From contig NC_058368.1 in the NCBI RefSeq assembly GCF_018350175.1, forward strand, positions 93,126,001 through 93,190,000: a DNA stretch of 64,000 nucleotides, given 5' to 3'. Below, one piece after another: positions 40,173-53,755 of this stretch; positions within the stretch are counted from its first letter, which is position 1; the number at the start of each line of letters is the position of its first letter. Origin of the DNA: Felis catus (Eukaryota). Position numbers and translations under genes: made by a program. Below the pieces are notes generated by a model that ran no database searches, was not told the origin of the DNA, and saw only the letters and a list, made by a program, of their open reading frames with translations.

Positions 40173-41723
40173 CTTCTTGATGATACATCTCAGAGTTGAA
40201 CTGCCATGCAATGGAATGTGCATGTGTTCAAATTTACCAATTTGGTCAAATTGTTCTCCAAAGTAATGAAACCAATTTATACCCTACCAATGGAAGAAAA
40301 CTGTTCATGTTGTATCACACAGTTTTAGTGTTGACACAATTTTTAAATTTGGCAATCTTATATGTGTGAAGCTCGGTTTCCTTGTGGTTTGGAGTTGGAA
40401 GATCTTCTCACCTTTATTGGACATTTGAGGTTCTTCTGTTCAGGTGCTCATTCATTCCTTTGCTCTTTATTTTCCCCCCTCTGGAGAGTATTTTATTTAC
40501 TGATCTGTTAAGTCTTCTTAGGTTTTGAAATATTCTTTGTATTACTTTGGTTATAGTTTTGAACATATGTGCTTATTGCAAACTTTAATTTGCTAATGTT
40601 TTGCTTTGTGTTCTTCCATGATATCAGTCTATAATTGTATTTTCTTATACTGTACAGGCACGGGAGAAGTGACTGTTGGGGGCTGGAGTAATGCCTTTTG
40701 TTTTATTTTAGTCTTCTCTCTTTTTAGATTTATAAAATTGGACTTAGGTGCTACTTGAGGGTTTGCATGAACTTGTCTAGAAAATCATTTGGCCTCTGGT
40801 TTTCCATGAGAAGATATTTTATCACTCATTGATTCATGTTTTTAAAAGTTAGTTCTGAGTCTATTGAAGAATTTTTTTTTCTGAGTCAGTTAAAATACTT
40901 TCTTTTCAAAGAACAATTCCATTATGTTTTCAGTTTCATTTGAATGAAGTTACTCGTGTATTCTCTCACTTAAAAATCTACATATCCATTGCTATAACAT
41001 CTATTTAAGTTCCTAGAATTACTTGTTTGTCCCTTTACTTTTTTTTACTATAAGAATATTTCCCTAAAGGCTTATCTGTTTTATTACCCTCTTCAAGGAC
41101 CCAAATTTTGGCCTTGCTTCAATTTCTTCTATTTAAATTTTACTAAATACTACTCTTAACAGTTTCACTTTTATTCCTTAAACTTTGTCTGGCTTCATTG
41201 TTTTTGTAACATCTATTTCTTTCTCTATCCATATTTCCTTCCCTCTTCATTTTTATTTTCGTAGTGGTTTTTTCTTCATACTTCATAAGGCACACACTTA
41301 GCTCACCCTAAAATTTCTTCCTTTAGGAATCTGTTAGTATCTTTCAGTTTTAAAAAAATAAACCTTTTTGAAGTATCAACATACAGAAAGGTACACAAAT
41401 CATAAGATTACAACCCAGCACATTTTGCCAGGAGCCCAGATGCCCCCACTGCAACCTCTTTAGAAACTATTCACTTTCCTCTTCCAAGGTAACCATTATT
41501 CCAACCATTATTCTTTAGCTTATTTTGAACTTGATGTAAATAAAATCATATAGTATGCATGCCTTTGTATATTGCTTGTCTCATACAACATTCGATCTGT
41601 GATGTCCATCTGCGTGGTACTAGCTGCTGGAGTTTGTTCATTCCTATTGCTAAATTTCCACTCTATGCTCCTATCACAATTTACTTCTCTTTTCTACTGT
41701 TAACATTCATTTGGTTTGTGTTA

Positions 41724-41916
41724 GTTTTTTTTTTTTAATATTTATTTACGTTGAGAGAGAGAGAGAGAGAAAGAGAGGGAGAGGGAGCATTCCAAGCAGG
41801 CTTTTTGCTGTCAGCACAGAGCCCAACACAGGGCTTGATCCCACATACCCAGAGACCATGACCTGAGCCAAGATCAAGAGTCTGATGCCTAACCAACTGA
41901 GCCACCCAGATGTCCC
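41724..41916 (-). mobile_element. CAN SINE
   Basis: Reverse-complement body. Confidence 0.94.
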
Positions 41917-42396
41917 GGTGGTTATGTTTCATTTCGATTACTAAGAATAATGCTACTGTAAACATTCCTATACATGTATTTTAGGAAACATATCCTTGCA
42001 TTTCTGTCAAATATAAATGTAGGAGTGGAATTACTGAAGCACAGATCATGCAAATATGCTCAACTTTAGGAGTTGAAAGAGTTATTGCTAAATAATTTTC
42101 CAAACTGGTTGTATTTATTTGCATCCCCAGAAATAATATAGGAGAGTTCCAATCCTACACTCTCAGAAATAATAGATATCGTTGGTCTTTTTAATATTGG
42201 CTGTGCAGCAATCACTCAGTATAGTTAAAATTTACATTATTACAATCATTAGTGATGGCTAACACCTTTTTATATAGATATCACTCATTTTCCTACTGAT
42301 TTGTAGGAATTCACGCCACATAAAATCAGGTGTTTTTTGGCCTATATTGTCATAATTAGAAAGCACCTTTTCGTCAGTTTTTTAAAAAGACAATTT

Positions 42397-42600
42397 AGGA
42401 GCGCCTGGGTTCCTCAGTCGGTTAAGCATCTGACTTTGGCTCAGATCATTATCTTGCAGTTTGTGAGTTCAAGCCCCATGTTGGACTCTGTGCTGACAGC
42501 TCAAAACCTGAAACCTGCTTTGGATTCTATGTCTCCTTCTCTCTCTGCCCCTTCCCCACTTGCTCTCTCTCTCGAAAATAAACATTAAAAAATTTTTTTT
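42397..42600 (+). mobile_element. CAN SINE
   Basis: TSD aagacaattta. Confidence 0.95.
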
Positions 42601-42775
42601 AAGACAATTTAACTTTTTTCTCTTGCTAACTTTTGGATCTAAGTCTGTGATATAGTTTCATTAGGATTTGTCTAGATGTTAATTTCTATTATTTATTTTG
42701 CTTGAGACTTGATATACTTCCTCAAGTTACGAAGTCATATATTTGAGCAATTCTGAAAAAGATCTTATTTTTAAA

Positions 42776-42985
42776 TTTTTTAAATGTTTATTTATTTTTG
42801 AGAGAGACAGAGACAGAATGTGAGTGGGTTAGAGGCAGAAAGAGAGGAAGACACAGAATTCGAAGCAGACTCCAGGCTCCGAGCTGTCAGCACAGAACCC
42901 CACGTGGGGCTCGAACTCACGAGCCATGAGATCATGACCTGAGCCGAGGTTGGACACTCAACTGACTGAGCCACCCAGGCACCCC
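42776..42985 (-). mobile_element. CAN SINE
   Basis: TSD agatcttattttt. Confidence 0.96.
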
Positions 42986-43184
42986 AGATCTTATTTTTAA
43001 ATGTTGTTTTCACTTCTCTCTCTATTCTTCTTTACTAGAATTCCAACTAGGTTAATATTAGATATCCTCATTCCAGAATCCCTGTACCCTAACCTCACTT
43101 TGTTATTCTAGAGGGCATTCTGGATATTATCTCCAGATCTACTGTCTGGTTCAGTGATTGTCTCAGTGTTTGGTCTGTGCTTTA

Positions 43185-45430
43185 TTTCTTTTTGTTTTTG
43201 TTTTTGTTTTTTTTATTACTAAATTTATTCTCAAATTGGTTTCCATACAACACCCAGTGCTCATCCCAACAGATGACCTCCTCAATGCCCATCACCCACT
43301 TTCCCCTTCCTCCCACCCACCCCCCATCAACCATTAGTTAATTCTCAGTTTTTAAGAATCTCTTATGGTTTGTCTCCCTCCCTCTCTAATTTTCCCCCCT
43401 TCCCCTCCCCTATGGTCCTCCACCAAGTTTCTCAGGATCCACATAAGAGTGAAAACATATGGTACCTGTCTTTCTCTGTATAACTTATTTCACTTAGCAT
43501 AACACTCTCCAGTTACATCCATTTTGCTACAAAAGGCCATATTTCATTCTTTCTCATTGCCATGTAGTATTCCATTGTGTATATAAACCACAATGTCTTT
43601 ATCCATTCATCAGTTGATGGACATTTAGTCTCTTTCCATAATTTAGCTATTGTTGAAAGTGCTGCTATAAACATTGGAGTACAAGTGCCCTTATGTATCA
43701 GCATTCCTGTATCCGTTGGGTAAATTCCTAACAGTGCTATTGCTGGGTCATAGGGTAGATCTATTTTTAATTTTTTGAGGAACCTCCACACTGTTTTCCA
43801 AGGCAGCTGCACCAATTTGCATTCCCACCAACAGTGCAAGAGGGTTCCCATTTCTCTACATCCTTCCCAGCATCTAGAGCCTCCTGGTATGTTCACTTTA
43901 GCCACTCTGACTGGCATGAGGTGATATCTCAGTGTGATTTTGATTTGTATTTCCCTGATGAGAAGTGACATGGAGCGTCTTTTCACGTGCCTGTTGGCCA
44001 TCTGGATGTCTTATTTAGAGAAGTGTCTATTCGTGTCTTCTGCCATTTCTTCATTGGATTGTTTGTTTTTCGGTTGTGGAGTTTGGTGAGCTCTTTATAG
44101 ATTTTGGATACAAGCCCTTTGTCCGATATGTCATTTGCAAATATCTTTTCCTATTCTGTCAATTGCCTTTTAGTTTTGTTGATTGTTTCCTTTGCAGTGC
44201 AGAGCTTTTTATCTTCATGAGGTCCCAATAGTTCATTTTTGCTTTTAATTCCCTTACCTTTGGAGATGTGTCAAGTAAGAAATTGCTGCGGCTGAGGTCA
44301 GAGAGGTTTTTTTCCTGCTTTCTCCTCTAGGGTTTTGATGGTTTCCTGTCTCACATTCAGGTTCTTGATCCATTTTGAGTTTATTTTTGTGAATGGTGTA
44401 AGAAAGTGGTTTAGTTTCATTCTGCATGTTGCTGTTTAGTTCTACTAGCACCATTTGTTAAAGAGACTTTTTTTCCATTGGATATTCTTTCCTGCTTTGT
44501 CAAAGATTAGTTGGCCATACTTTTGTGGGTCCAATTCTGGAATCTCTATTCAATTCCATTGGTCTATGTGTCTGTTTTTGTGCCAATACCATGCTGTCTT
44601 GATGATTATAGCTTTGTAGTAGAGGTTAAAGTCTGGGATTGTGATGCCTCCCACATTGGTCTTCCTCTTCAATATTACTTTGGCTATTCAGGGTCTTTTG
44701 TGGTTCCATACAAATTTTAGGGTTGCTTGTTCTAGCTTCGAGAAGAATGCTGGTGCAATTTTGATTGGGATTGCATTGAATGTGTAGATTGCTTTGGGTA
44801 GTATTGACATTTAACAATATTTGCTCTTCCAATCCATGAGCATGGAATGTTTTTCCATTTCTTTGTATCTTCTTCAATTTCCTTTATAAGCTTTCTATAG
44901 TTTTCAGCATACGATCTTTTACATCTTTGGTTAGGTTTATTCCTAGGTATTTTATGATTCTTGGTACAATTGTGAAAAGATAAGAACCATATTATCCTGT
45001 CAATTGATGCAGAAAAAGCATTTGACAATATTCAGCATCGTTTCTTATTAAAAACCGTCAGAAAGTGGGGATAGAAGGATCACACTTAAACATCATAAAA
45101 GCCATTTATGAAAATCCCACAGCTATTATCATCCTCAATGGGGGAAAACTGAGATCTTTCCCCCTGAGATCAGGAACATGATAGGGATGTCTACTCTCAC
45201 CATTGTTGTTTAACATAGTATTGGAAGTGCTAGCATCAGTGATCAGACAACAAAATGAAATAAAAGACATCAATATTGGCAAAGATGAAGTCAAGCTTTC
45301 ACTTTTTGCAGATGACAAGTTATTATACATGGATAACCCAATAGACTCCACCAAAAGTCTGCTAGAACTGATACATGAATTCAGCAAAGTCACAGGATAC
45401 AAAATTAATGTACAGAAATCAGTTGCCCTC
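43185..45430 (-). mobile_element. 5'-truncated, 5'-inverted felid LINE-1 (minus arm 43185-~44975, inverted RT arm ~44976-45426 on +)
   Basis: Minus arm carries the ORF2 C-terminus, 3'UTR and tail. Plus arm carries RT motifs ([16 protein letters not shown]). TSD tggt(c/a)tgtgcttta at 43171 and 45431. Confidence 0.96.
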
Positions 45431-45779
45431 TGGTATGTGCTTTAGATAGCATTCATTTCCTTTCTTCTTTAACACTGGCCTTCTTTCACTCACTGAATTC
45501 TTTTCTGCCTCAGAGTCTGTATATAGGCCATTGCTTTTGGCCTTAAAGCTCTGTATCCCAGACAGAGCACAGTTTTTTGGATACAGTTAATTCTTCATCA
45601 TCAGGCTTCCATATCAGGGAGAGCTCCTCGAAAGTGACTAATAATGAAACTGCATCATCAAACTTGTATTATGCGATTAAACTCATGCTTAGAAGGAGAT
45701 ACATAGCTTTGAGTTGGAGTTATTACAAAGATGGTCAGAGTATCATGAATGAATGAAGTAGAAACCATATTAAAATATA

Positions 45780-47330
45780 GAGGATTCTAACAGCCAGAAT
45801 GTGGTTCCTTGAACAGATTTGGAAGATCAATAAGCCTTTGGCAAGTGTGATTAAGACCAACACAAAGCCAAACAAAACAACTAGTCAATGTAACCAATGA
45901 TAAAGGAGACTTGGTGAAGGATATCACAGATATTAAAATTGCCTAAGAGGACATTATGAACAATTTATTAGCAATAAGTTTGAAAATGTAGAAAAGAAAA
46001 ACTAGACTATTTCCTAGAAAAATGTAGCATACCAAGACTGACAAAAATAGAAATAGAAAATATAAAGAGTCCTATATTATAAAGTAATTAAATTTGTAAT
46101 TAGACCCTCACAACAGAAAATTCCAGGATTCAATAAACATCAGTGAATTCTACCAAACACTTAAACAAGCAATAATAAAAATAGAAAATTTAAAAGACTT
46201 TTTAGTTCATTTTTTGAGGGCAGAAAAAACTTCACACCAAAACCTGAAAAGCATATGACAAGAAAAAATATTACCAGTCCATCTGCCTCATGGATACCAC
46301 TTCAAAAATTATAAAACAATATACGGACACACTAAATACATTAATTGTATATCTATGTATCCATATGTTTCTCCATCTATCTGAATTTTATTTAATAATT
46401 TCAAGGTGGACTAATATTCAAGATTTAGAGTGACTTGGGGGCACCTGGGTGGCTCAGTTGGTTAAGTGGCTGACTTCAGCTCTGGTCATAATCTCACAGT
46501 TCATGAGTTTGAGTCCTGAGTCAGGCTATCTGCTGTCAGCATGAAACGTGCTTCAAATCCTCTATCCCCCTCTGTCTCTGCCCCTTGTCCACTGGCTCAT
46601 TCTCTCTGTCTCTCCCCCCCCCCCTCTCTCTCTCTCTGTGTGTCTCTCTCTCTCAAAATAAAAAACTTAAAAAAAAGATTTAGAGTGATGTGAAATTCAG
46701 TGCATTAACAGAAGAAAGGGAAAGTAAAGATCTTTTCAAATATCCCTAAAAATAATTTCACAAAATTAAACATCCATTCCTTAAAATAACTGGCAAATTA
46801 CGAAGAGAAAGTCTTTCTTCAATCTAATAGAAGGTATCTACACAAGACCTACAATAGACATCTTATTTAGTGGTAAAATGTTGAAAGATCACCCTCTGAG
46901 ATCATGTGGAAGACAAGATAACTACTATCATCACTTCACACTTATCTAGAAGTTCTAGACAATGCAATGAAGCAAAATAAAATAACTATGGGACTACAAA
47001 GGAAGAAATAATACTATCCACACAGTATTACTACAATAACATAGTAATGTGGACAATATGATTATGTACATAGACATTGCAAAACAGCTCATAGCTTAAT
47101 TATAAAATTGATAACAGAGGTCAGCCAAGTTGATGGGTAAAGGCCAATATAGAAAAGCCAATTATCAACAAATAATTGTAAATTAATAATCTTTAAAAGA
47201 GACAATTTGAAATAGGATAAATTACACCAAATACCTAGGAGTAAATTTAATGGAAGACACAAACGATCCCTACAGAGGAAAATATTCATCAAGATATTTA
47301 AAAGATCTATAGAGATATTATAATTATTTA
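45780..47330 (+). mobile_element. Ancient L1 ORF2 fragment
   Basis: Degenerate motifs cagtgaattctaccaaacacttaa, caaaattaaacatccattc and aaatacctaggagtaaatttaa. Confidence 0.8.
46437..46675 (+). mobile_element. CAN SINE
   Basis: TSD aagatttagagtga. Confidence 0.95.
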
Positions 47331-50231
47331 AAATGAATTCATCACATTTCTCCACAAACTGTTTCCTCTTCATGGCAAATATCTTTTTAAGTATGTTACA
47401 TAAAATATATCATTTAATCCAAGAGCTAAGCCTCAGATATAGACATTATTCTCTCTGTTTTGCAGTTTACAAAACACACAAAAGCTAAGTGATGCCAAGG
47501 TCTCTCACTGGTAGGTGGCCCAGGCAGGATCAAATCCAGGTGATTCTAAATCCCATTCACTCAACAACTATGCTACATTTTCATGACTCTTAAACCTTCA
47601 CAATAAATTTTTCCCTCATTCTTGCTTCTTCTCTCATGTCCAATCAACCAACTAAACAAGTAACTGGTCTTTACCTTTGTTGGATGCTTTTCCAGTGAAA
47701 TGATTCCTGTTAGTCTCTCCTTCCTTCTCCCATCCAACCTTCCCAGCCCAGATCCTCACATTTTCCCTGGTCTCCTACAAAGATCTCCTCACTATTCTGT
47801 ACACCCTAGTCTCTTCCCATCCCAAGACACTCTGCTCAGTATGAGCCTGCTGAGGATGAGTGTTCTGAAGAATGTACTTTGAAAATTTGTCCATGAAATC
47901 AACCAAAAATTCTTTACACAGCCCCAAATATTCCTTGAACACAAGTCATGTGTTCAAGTATTAAACCTATCATTCTCGAGTATTACAGGATTTTTTGATT
48001 GGATGAATACCAGTGCAGAGCCATTATCTTTCAGGAATCCTTCTCTGGATTCCTAGTCCTCTCAGAACTCAAATACATGCAGTCTCTCTGGCTGCTGTTT
48101 GCATTGGTGCCACCATGGCATTGCTTTCCTCCCCAAACATGGCCATCATGGTATCATGGATCTCCTTCTTAAATTCTTGCTGGTTGTTCTGTAATGGTTC
48201 CCTGCCATGACTACTCACAGAGGTGATTTCCTGTGAAGTGAAGAGGAAATAAAAACCTCTCTTTTCCAATATTCTCTTTTAGAAGAGTTATATAGTAGAA
48301 TTTCTTGGTTCTCATGATGTAAAATTTGACAATCTCCTTTGTTCTTTTTAGGTTTCCTCTCTGACCTCCAGAACATTATGCAGAGTCTAACTCACCATGC
48401 TTACCTTCCTGGGGTTTCTTTTCTAAAAGCTCTGCAGTTCCTTTCTAAAATCTAGTTTCTTGATGGTCTCTCCCATCTCTTTGCTCTGCATATCTATATA
48501 GGTCAACTTTAAGCAGAAACAAGATTCAAGTTCCTTTCTCAAGAAGCTTCTATATCTCTAAGAAAATCCGTGGATTATAGGGTGTGGATATTGGCTAACC
48601 ACACATACCCTAGATGTATCTAAACCATTGCAGTCCAGATATGACTGTGCATATCGGTTATTCAAGACCTTCCATTATTTCACCCCATATCTTACCCTTT
48701 CACTTTCTTGACCTTGCTTTCATTTAATGTGTTTCTTGGAATTCTCTTCTCTTCCCCTAATCCTGCTATTCTAATCTTAACTCTCCCTCTGGGACTCAAT
48801 TCAAAGGCTGCTTCCTCTGTAGCATCCCCCACTAATCCCAGCTGAAAATTGAGGCTCCTTCTTCTGGGCTCCCAGCTTCTGCAACACTGTCCTTGTGTGC
48901 TTAACACAACCTGCCTCCTGCTGTAGCTGAGACATGGAAGATCTCTCACCCTTGAACAGAGAATGATATCGCGTTTATCTGGGGATCCCTCAAAGAATCA
49001 AAGCACTATGCATTGTCCATACTATGTGGCGATGAATGTTTGTTAGCTGAGCAGAAATGCATTGGCTTTGCAAGCCAGTATCCTAGCAAGAATCCCTGGT
49101 CCCAATTAGGAGAAAAATACTCATTGTCTCATGTCAGCCTGTTTTGAGTTCTCAGTGTTCTATGGATGGCATCTTGAGCAGTCAGTTTATCTTCACACAG
49201 AGAGCTTGATCTGGGGCTCCTGCTGCTTGGAGCCTACCAGAAGGCTGAACACGGCTGAACCCCGCCGAGGCCACGCTCCAGAGATATTTGCTTTCAAACA
49301 CTTAACATTTGCTTTCTGTTACCCTTTTATTAGGAAGATTAAAATTGAAAAGGAATCAAGTGAGGCCGGGCTTTCTTCTTTTCTTTCTGCGAGAACAGCT
49401 TGTTTCCATGACATTTATATGGGGAGCTTTTTCTAAATGACAAGCAGATTGTTAGAAGATGTTATTTTCTGTCTCTTTGCTTTGGATCTTCACTTAGTGG
49501 GTGTAATGTAAGAGAGACAGCCTCACCGGGAGGGTGACTGTCAGGTATATGGATTCAGGAGGGGATCGGGTGGGGGTTTGTTGAATCCTTTCTGTTGGGG
49601 TTGCTATAGCAGCAACCTAACAGATCCTGGCTAGAAGTTGTAAGATGTATTAGTGTTGTTATCTTTTTTTTTTTTTTTATGTATATGGAGTAAGATTCCT
49701 GCAGATTTAAGTGTCTGTTCTCTGTAGCTTTTTCTCTTCGTGAAGAAAATGGAATGCTCATAGAAAAAGCCATCCATGCGGGCAGCAGGAAGACCTGAGC
49801 ATTCAGACCCAGGAGAAATGGCCAAGCTTAGGCTGGGCAGGACCCGTCTTCTGCAGAATAGAGGTCAGTCGCAGAGGCATCCAGTCCCATACCTCCTCCT
49901 CACCCCAACCCCTGAGTGACCAAGAGGCCATGACAATGAAAGCAGGGAACTGTCCAACAAGGCTGTCCAACACTGATACCAGCTACACTCCAGGGGGGCT
50001 AATATCACCTCCCACCTGCACCACACTGTGCTGGCTACAAACCGCTTTCACTCACGTTATCCCTTTGAAAGAGCCCCTGGGAGACTGGCTTCATTCTGCA
50101 TCAGAAGTCTATCCTTTTCCTAAGCCCCCTCTTCCAATGTCACTGTCACTGCCCTGGTTCAGGCCTCATCACTGCTCACATGGATTTGTGCAAAGTGTCT
50201 GAGCTCTCAACATCCAGTCCACTCTCCTCTT

Positions 50232-50444
50232 TATTTTTTTAATTTTTAACGTTTATTTATTTTTGAGAGATAAAGACAGAGTGTGAGTGGGGCAGGGGCA
50301 GAGAGAGAGACACACACACAGAATCCAAAGCAGACTCCAGGCTCTGAGCTGTCAACACAGCTCATGGGGCTCGAACCTACCAACTGTGAGATCATGACCT
50401 GAGCCGGAGTCAGATGCTTAACCAACTGAGCCATCCAGGTGCCC
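50232..50444 (-). mobile_element. CAN SINE
   Basis: Reverse-complement body. Confidence 0.95.
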
Positions 50445-50471
50445 CTCCTTCCTCTTTTTAAAAAAAATATT

Positions 50472-50688
50472 GGGGCGCCTGGGTGGCACAGTCGGTTGAG
50501 CGTCCGACTTCAGCCAGGTCACGATCTCGCGGTCCGTGAGTTCGAGCCCCGCGTCAGGCTCTGGGCTGATGGCTCAGAGCCTGGAGCCTGTTTCCGATTC
50601 TGTGTCTCCCTCTCTCTCTGCCCCTCCCCCGTTCATGCTCTGTCTCTCTCTGTCCCAAAAAAATAAATAAACGTTGAAAAAAAAATTT
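50472..50688 (+). mobile_element. Very young felid CAN SINE
   Basis: Many intact CpGs. Same diagnostic sequence (cagccaggtcacgatctcgcggtccg) as the copy at 2369-2576. Confidence 0.97.
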
Positions 50689-50697
50689 AAAAAAAAA

Positions 50698-50875
50698 TTT
50701 ATTTTGAGACACAGAAAAGTGGGGGAGGGGCAAAGAAAGAGGAGAGAATCCCAAGCAGGTTCCATGCTGTCAGCACAGAGCCCGACATGGGGCTTGACCC
50801 CATGAACTGTGAGATCATGGCCTGAGCTGAAACCAAGAGTCAGACACTTGACCAACAGAGCCATCCAGATGCCCC
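50698..50875 (-). mobile_element. CAN SINE
   Basis: Reverse-complement body whose tail is interrupted by the preceding SINE. Confidence 0.93.
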
Positions 50876-51139
50876 TCTCCTTATTCTCTTAAGGATGATA
50901 CCTTATAAAACAAACTTTATTATGTCACTCTACCTAATTGAAGAACTCAGTTGCCTCCCTGCTATATACAAGATAAAATCCTGACTCCTTAGGCCAACAC
51001 AGAAGGCCCTTCACATCTACTTCCAGATGTATGTTCTCCTTTGCACTTTCCCCCAACTGTGCTAACTGCCCCTATGCCCCACCCCCAGTCATCCTACAAT
51101 GTGTTCCTCGAACACATTATGCATAGAATCACCACTCTC

Positions 51140-51325
51140 TGCCTACAGATTTCTGTTTGTTTGGTCCAATGAGTTTTTAAAAAATTGTTTTGAGCTTGAA
51201 CAGCTTTGAACAGGCACACACTCTCCAGTTTGCCACAGGCTCCTTTAGTATCCCGCCTACCCCGCTCCTCTTTGCTTATTTATATCACTTGCCTGGCCCC
51301 CAAAGGCATCTGAATGTATGCCTCG
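51140..51325. mobile_element. hAT MER relic (MER102-like)
   Basis: Blocks cactctccagtttgccacag and cctggcccccaaaggcat resemble the recalled consensus. Confidence 0.5.
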
Positions 51326-52014
51326 TGAATAGGAACAGTGTTTCCTCTTGGTAATTAAATCCCCACCTTTCACAATGGGACAAATATCAGTACCAATTCA
51401 AAACATGTCATGGCTTCCCCAGGAATGGGGGCTGCCGCATTTGCTGGTCTCTCTCTTCCACCCTTAACTCCTTTACAATGGCACCAATGAAATCATTATG
51501 ATTATAGTTTATACCCTTCGATTCAACAATATCATCCCCTCCATGGAAGAAGTCAATCTTAAAAATTTCTGTATATGTACTGACTAGTGGAATTTGTTAG
51601 ATAAATGATCACCATTTTTCAGGTGACAAAACCAGGTCTCGAGTTGGTTATGCATATTCAATGGCACAGACCTTTATATCTGGCAAGAGCTCAGGTTGGG
51701 GGCTGGATGTCTAACTATATAAGACCAGGTCTCCCATAGATCCCCACATTTTCAGAGGCTGAGAAACAAAAGGATTTAGGAGTACCTAGGAAAAGAAAGA
51801 TAGGACATGGCTTTTTGGACACCAGAGAAGTCATTTTAGGCTTTGGCCATTTTCATGATCTATGCCTGACCAGCATTACTTACCCAAGCACACTACATGC
51901 AGAACTTTCTAGGAGGTGCCAAAGTTACAAATAAATGTGAAACCATCAGTAGTTAATGATTTTAAGGGAACAAGGGGATGCAAATACAGCCTTTATCAGG
52001 CCAGGAGATAGCCT

Positions 52015-52471
52015 GACCATATCAGAGATGGTAAATCAGTGATAGAACCCCCAGTGCTATCTCAAAAGCAAAGATTTACCAAACGTACATTCTTGAGCCT
52101 TTTTGGCAGAATTCAACCCACTTTGAGCACCCAAACTCCAGACTAACTGAAGCCAGAGAATTGACGGTGCTGATCCCCGCTGGCCCTTGTGACTCTGATC
52201 AACTAAGACCTGGACTCTGTCATTAGAAGATGACTTTTGCCCCAATTTCATGCTGAATCTCTCAGTGCACAAGTCTCTTTGTCAATATGCATGCAGACTT
52301 TGCTGAAAACTTCCCAAGTTTTGTTATCTGAGGAGACACTACTTTGGGAAATATCCCCAATGTCCTCTGTTACTTGTTGCAAGTAAAAACCTTTCTTTTC
52401 CTGTAATTTGGCTTGGTTGTATCTTTTGGCTGGACACCCAACAAGAGGTGAACTCAGTTTCTGGTAATAAC
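52015..52471 (+). mobile_element. Probable solo ERV LTR
   Basis: LTR-like 3' half (gagacactactttgggaaatatccccaatgtcctc, agtaaa, ...ggtaataac). The 5' end and TSD are not resolved. Confidence 0.5.
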
Positions 52472-53030
52472 CCCTTTGTTCTAGGCAACTTAGTCACAGA
52501 GTACAGCTGGATTCTTCCATCAGGGAGGTATCAAAGTTAAAATATCCATAAACTTCCCAAACTTTTTCTCTTTCTCAGTTTCTAAGAAGGAGCTTGAATG
52601 TGTGGGTCCACTGTTGTGGCTCCAAGGGCAATGAAAAGAAGCAGAAATGAGGAAACAAGCCCTGAGAAGGGGGTAGATGGTTCTAAGAGTAGACGTGGAG
52701 GCATGCAGAGAAGTAAAGATTCAGGAGTAAGACAAGAAAAGATGGGAAGGGAAGAAAACACAATTGGGTCATGTCGGACTTGGTGAGCAACATGGTTCAA
52801 GAGAGGTTTTAGGAAATTTTGTTCTCTGTGGAGTAAATGCTTTGCCTCACTCCTCCATTGAAGAAGACCTTCTGGTAGAGGGCTCTGTGGCTCCATTAAG
52901 CCTGGGGAGCCATTTTTGTGTCTTTTCGGAATATGTCACATGCTATGTTCCATAGAACAACAGCATGAAGGCTCAGGGCCATTTGGTGGCATGTTTCATG
53001 TTCAATCACACTGAAGATTCAGCTGTAGGA

Positions 53031-53183
53031 GGGGCACCTGGGTGGCTCAGTTGGTTAAGCATCTGACTCTTGATTTTGGCTCAGGTCATGATATCACCTG
53101 AGTTCATGATTTCATGAGTTCATGAGTTCATGAAGTTCGAACCCACATCGGTTTCTGCACTGACAGCACAGAGTCTACTTAAG

Positions 53184-53237
<54 letters not shown>

Positions 53238-53259
53238 TAAATAAATAAACTTAAAAAAA
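53031..53259 (+). mobile_element. CAN SINE with internal 8-mer tandem expansion
   Basis: TSD tca(g/a)ctgtagga and (tgagttca)n inside the body. Confidence 0.95.
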
Positions 53260-53605
53260 TCAACTGTAGGAATTCTAACAATACTGACTCCATGATTGGC
53301 ACTCCAACTTGTCCATGTCTGCCCAGTGACCTCCCTCAGGGCTACATGTTCCAGGCCTGTGGAGGTTAATGTTTGCTGTGACCAGAATGTGGGAAGGCTC
53401 CTTCTGATCTCCCATGTGGTGCAATACTGACACTGCTTTAGATAACTACCCTTTGACCTCACTCACAATGACCTCTGTACATCCCCTTGCATTATAAAAT
53501 CCACAGAGTAAGGTCTGCACTTGGCCGAGAATAACTTCACAGTGCCTGGCTCATGGCCTGGCCAATTGCTCCTGTAAATTACCCTGAATACAACTGTGTA
53601 AAACC

Positions 53606-53755
53606 ATAAAACAGACTCTTAACTCTAAAGAACAACCATGGCTACCAGAGGGGAATTGGGTGGGGGATGGTGAAATAGGTGATGGGCATCACCTATTGTG
53701 ATGAGCACTGGGTACTGTATGTAAGTGATCAATTTCTAAATTCTACTTCTACTTT
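53606..53755 (+). mobile_element. L1 3'UTR fragment
   Basis: Similar to 31505-31630 (gactcttaactcta, tgaaataggtgatgg, gatgagcactgggt). Confidence 0.8.

Larger units (their letters stand above)
39010..43140 (-). mobile_element. Ancient L1 (L1ME-like) fragments on the minus strand, interrupted by SINEs and a MER
   Basis: T-rich + strand with motifs such as caaattgttctccaaagt..accaatttata and aggagtggaattactg. Boundaries are vague. Confidence 0.6.

Noticed and set aside
50472..50550. tRNA-like A/B boxes as tRNA genes
   Set aside because: They are heads of tRNA-derived SINEs, followed by SINE body and tail.
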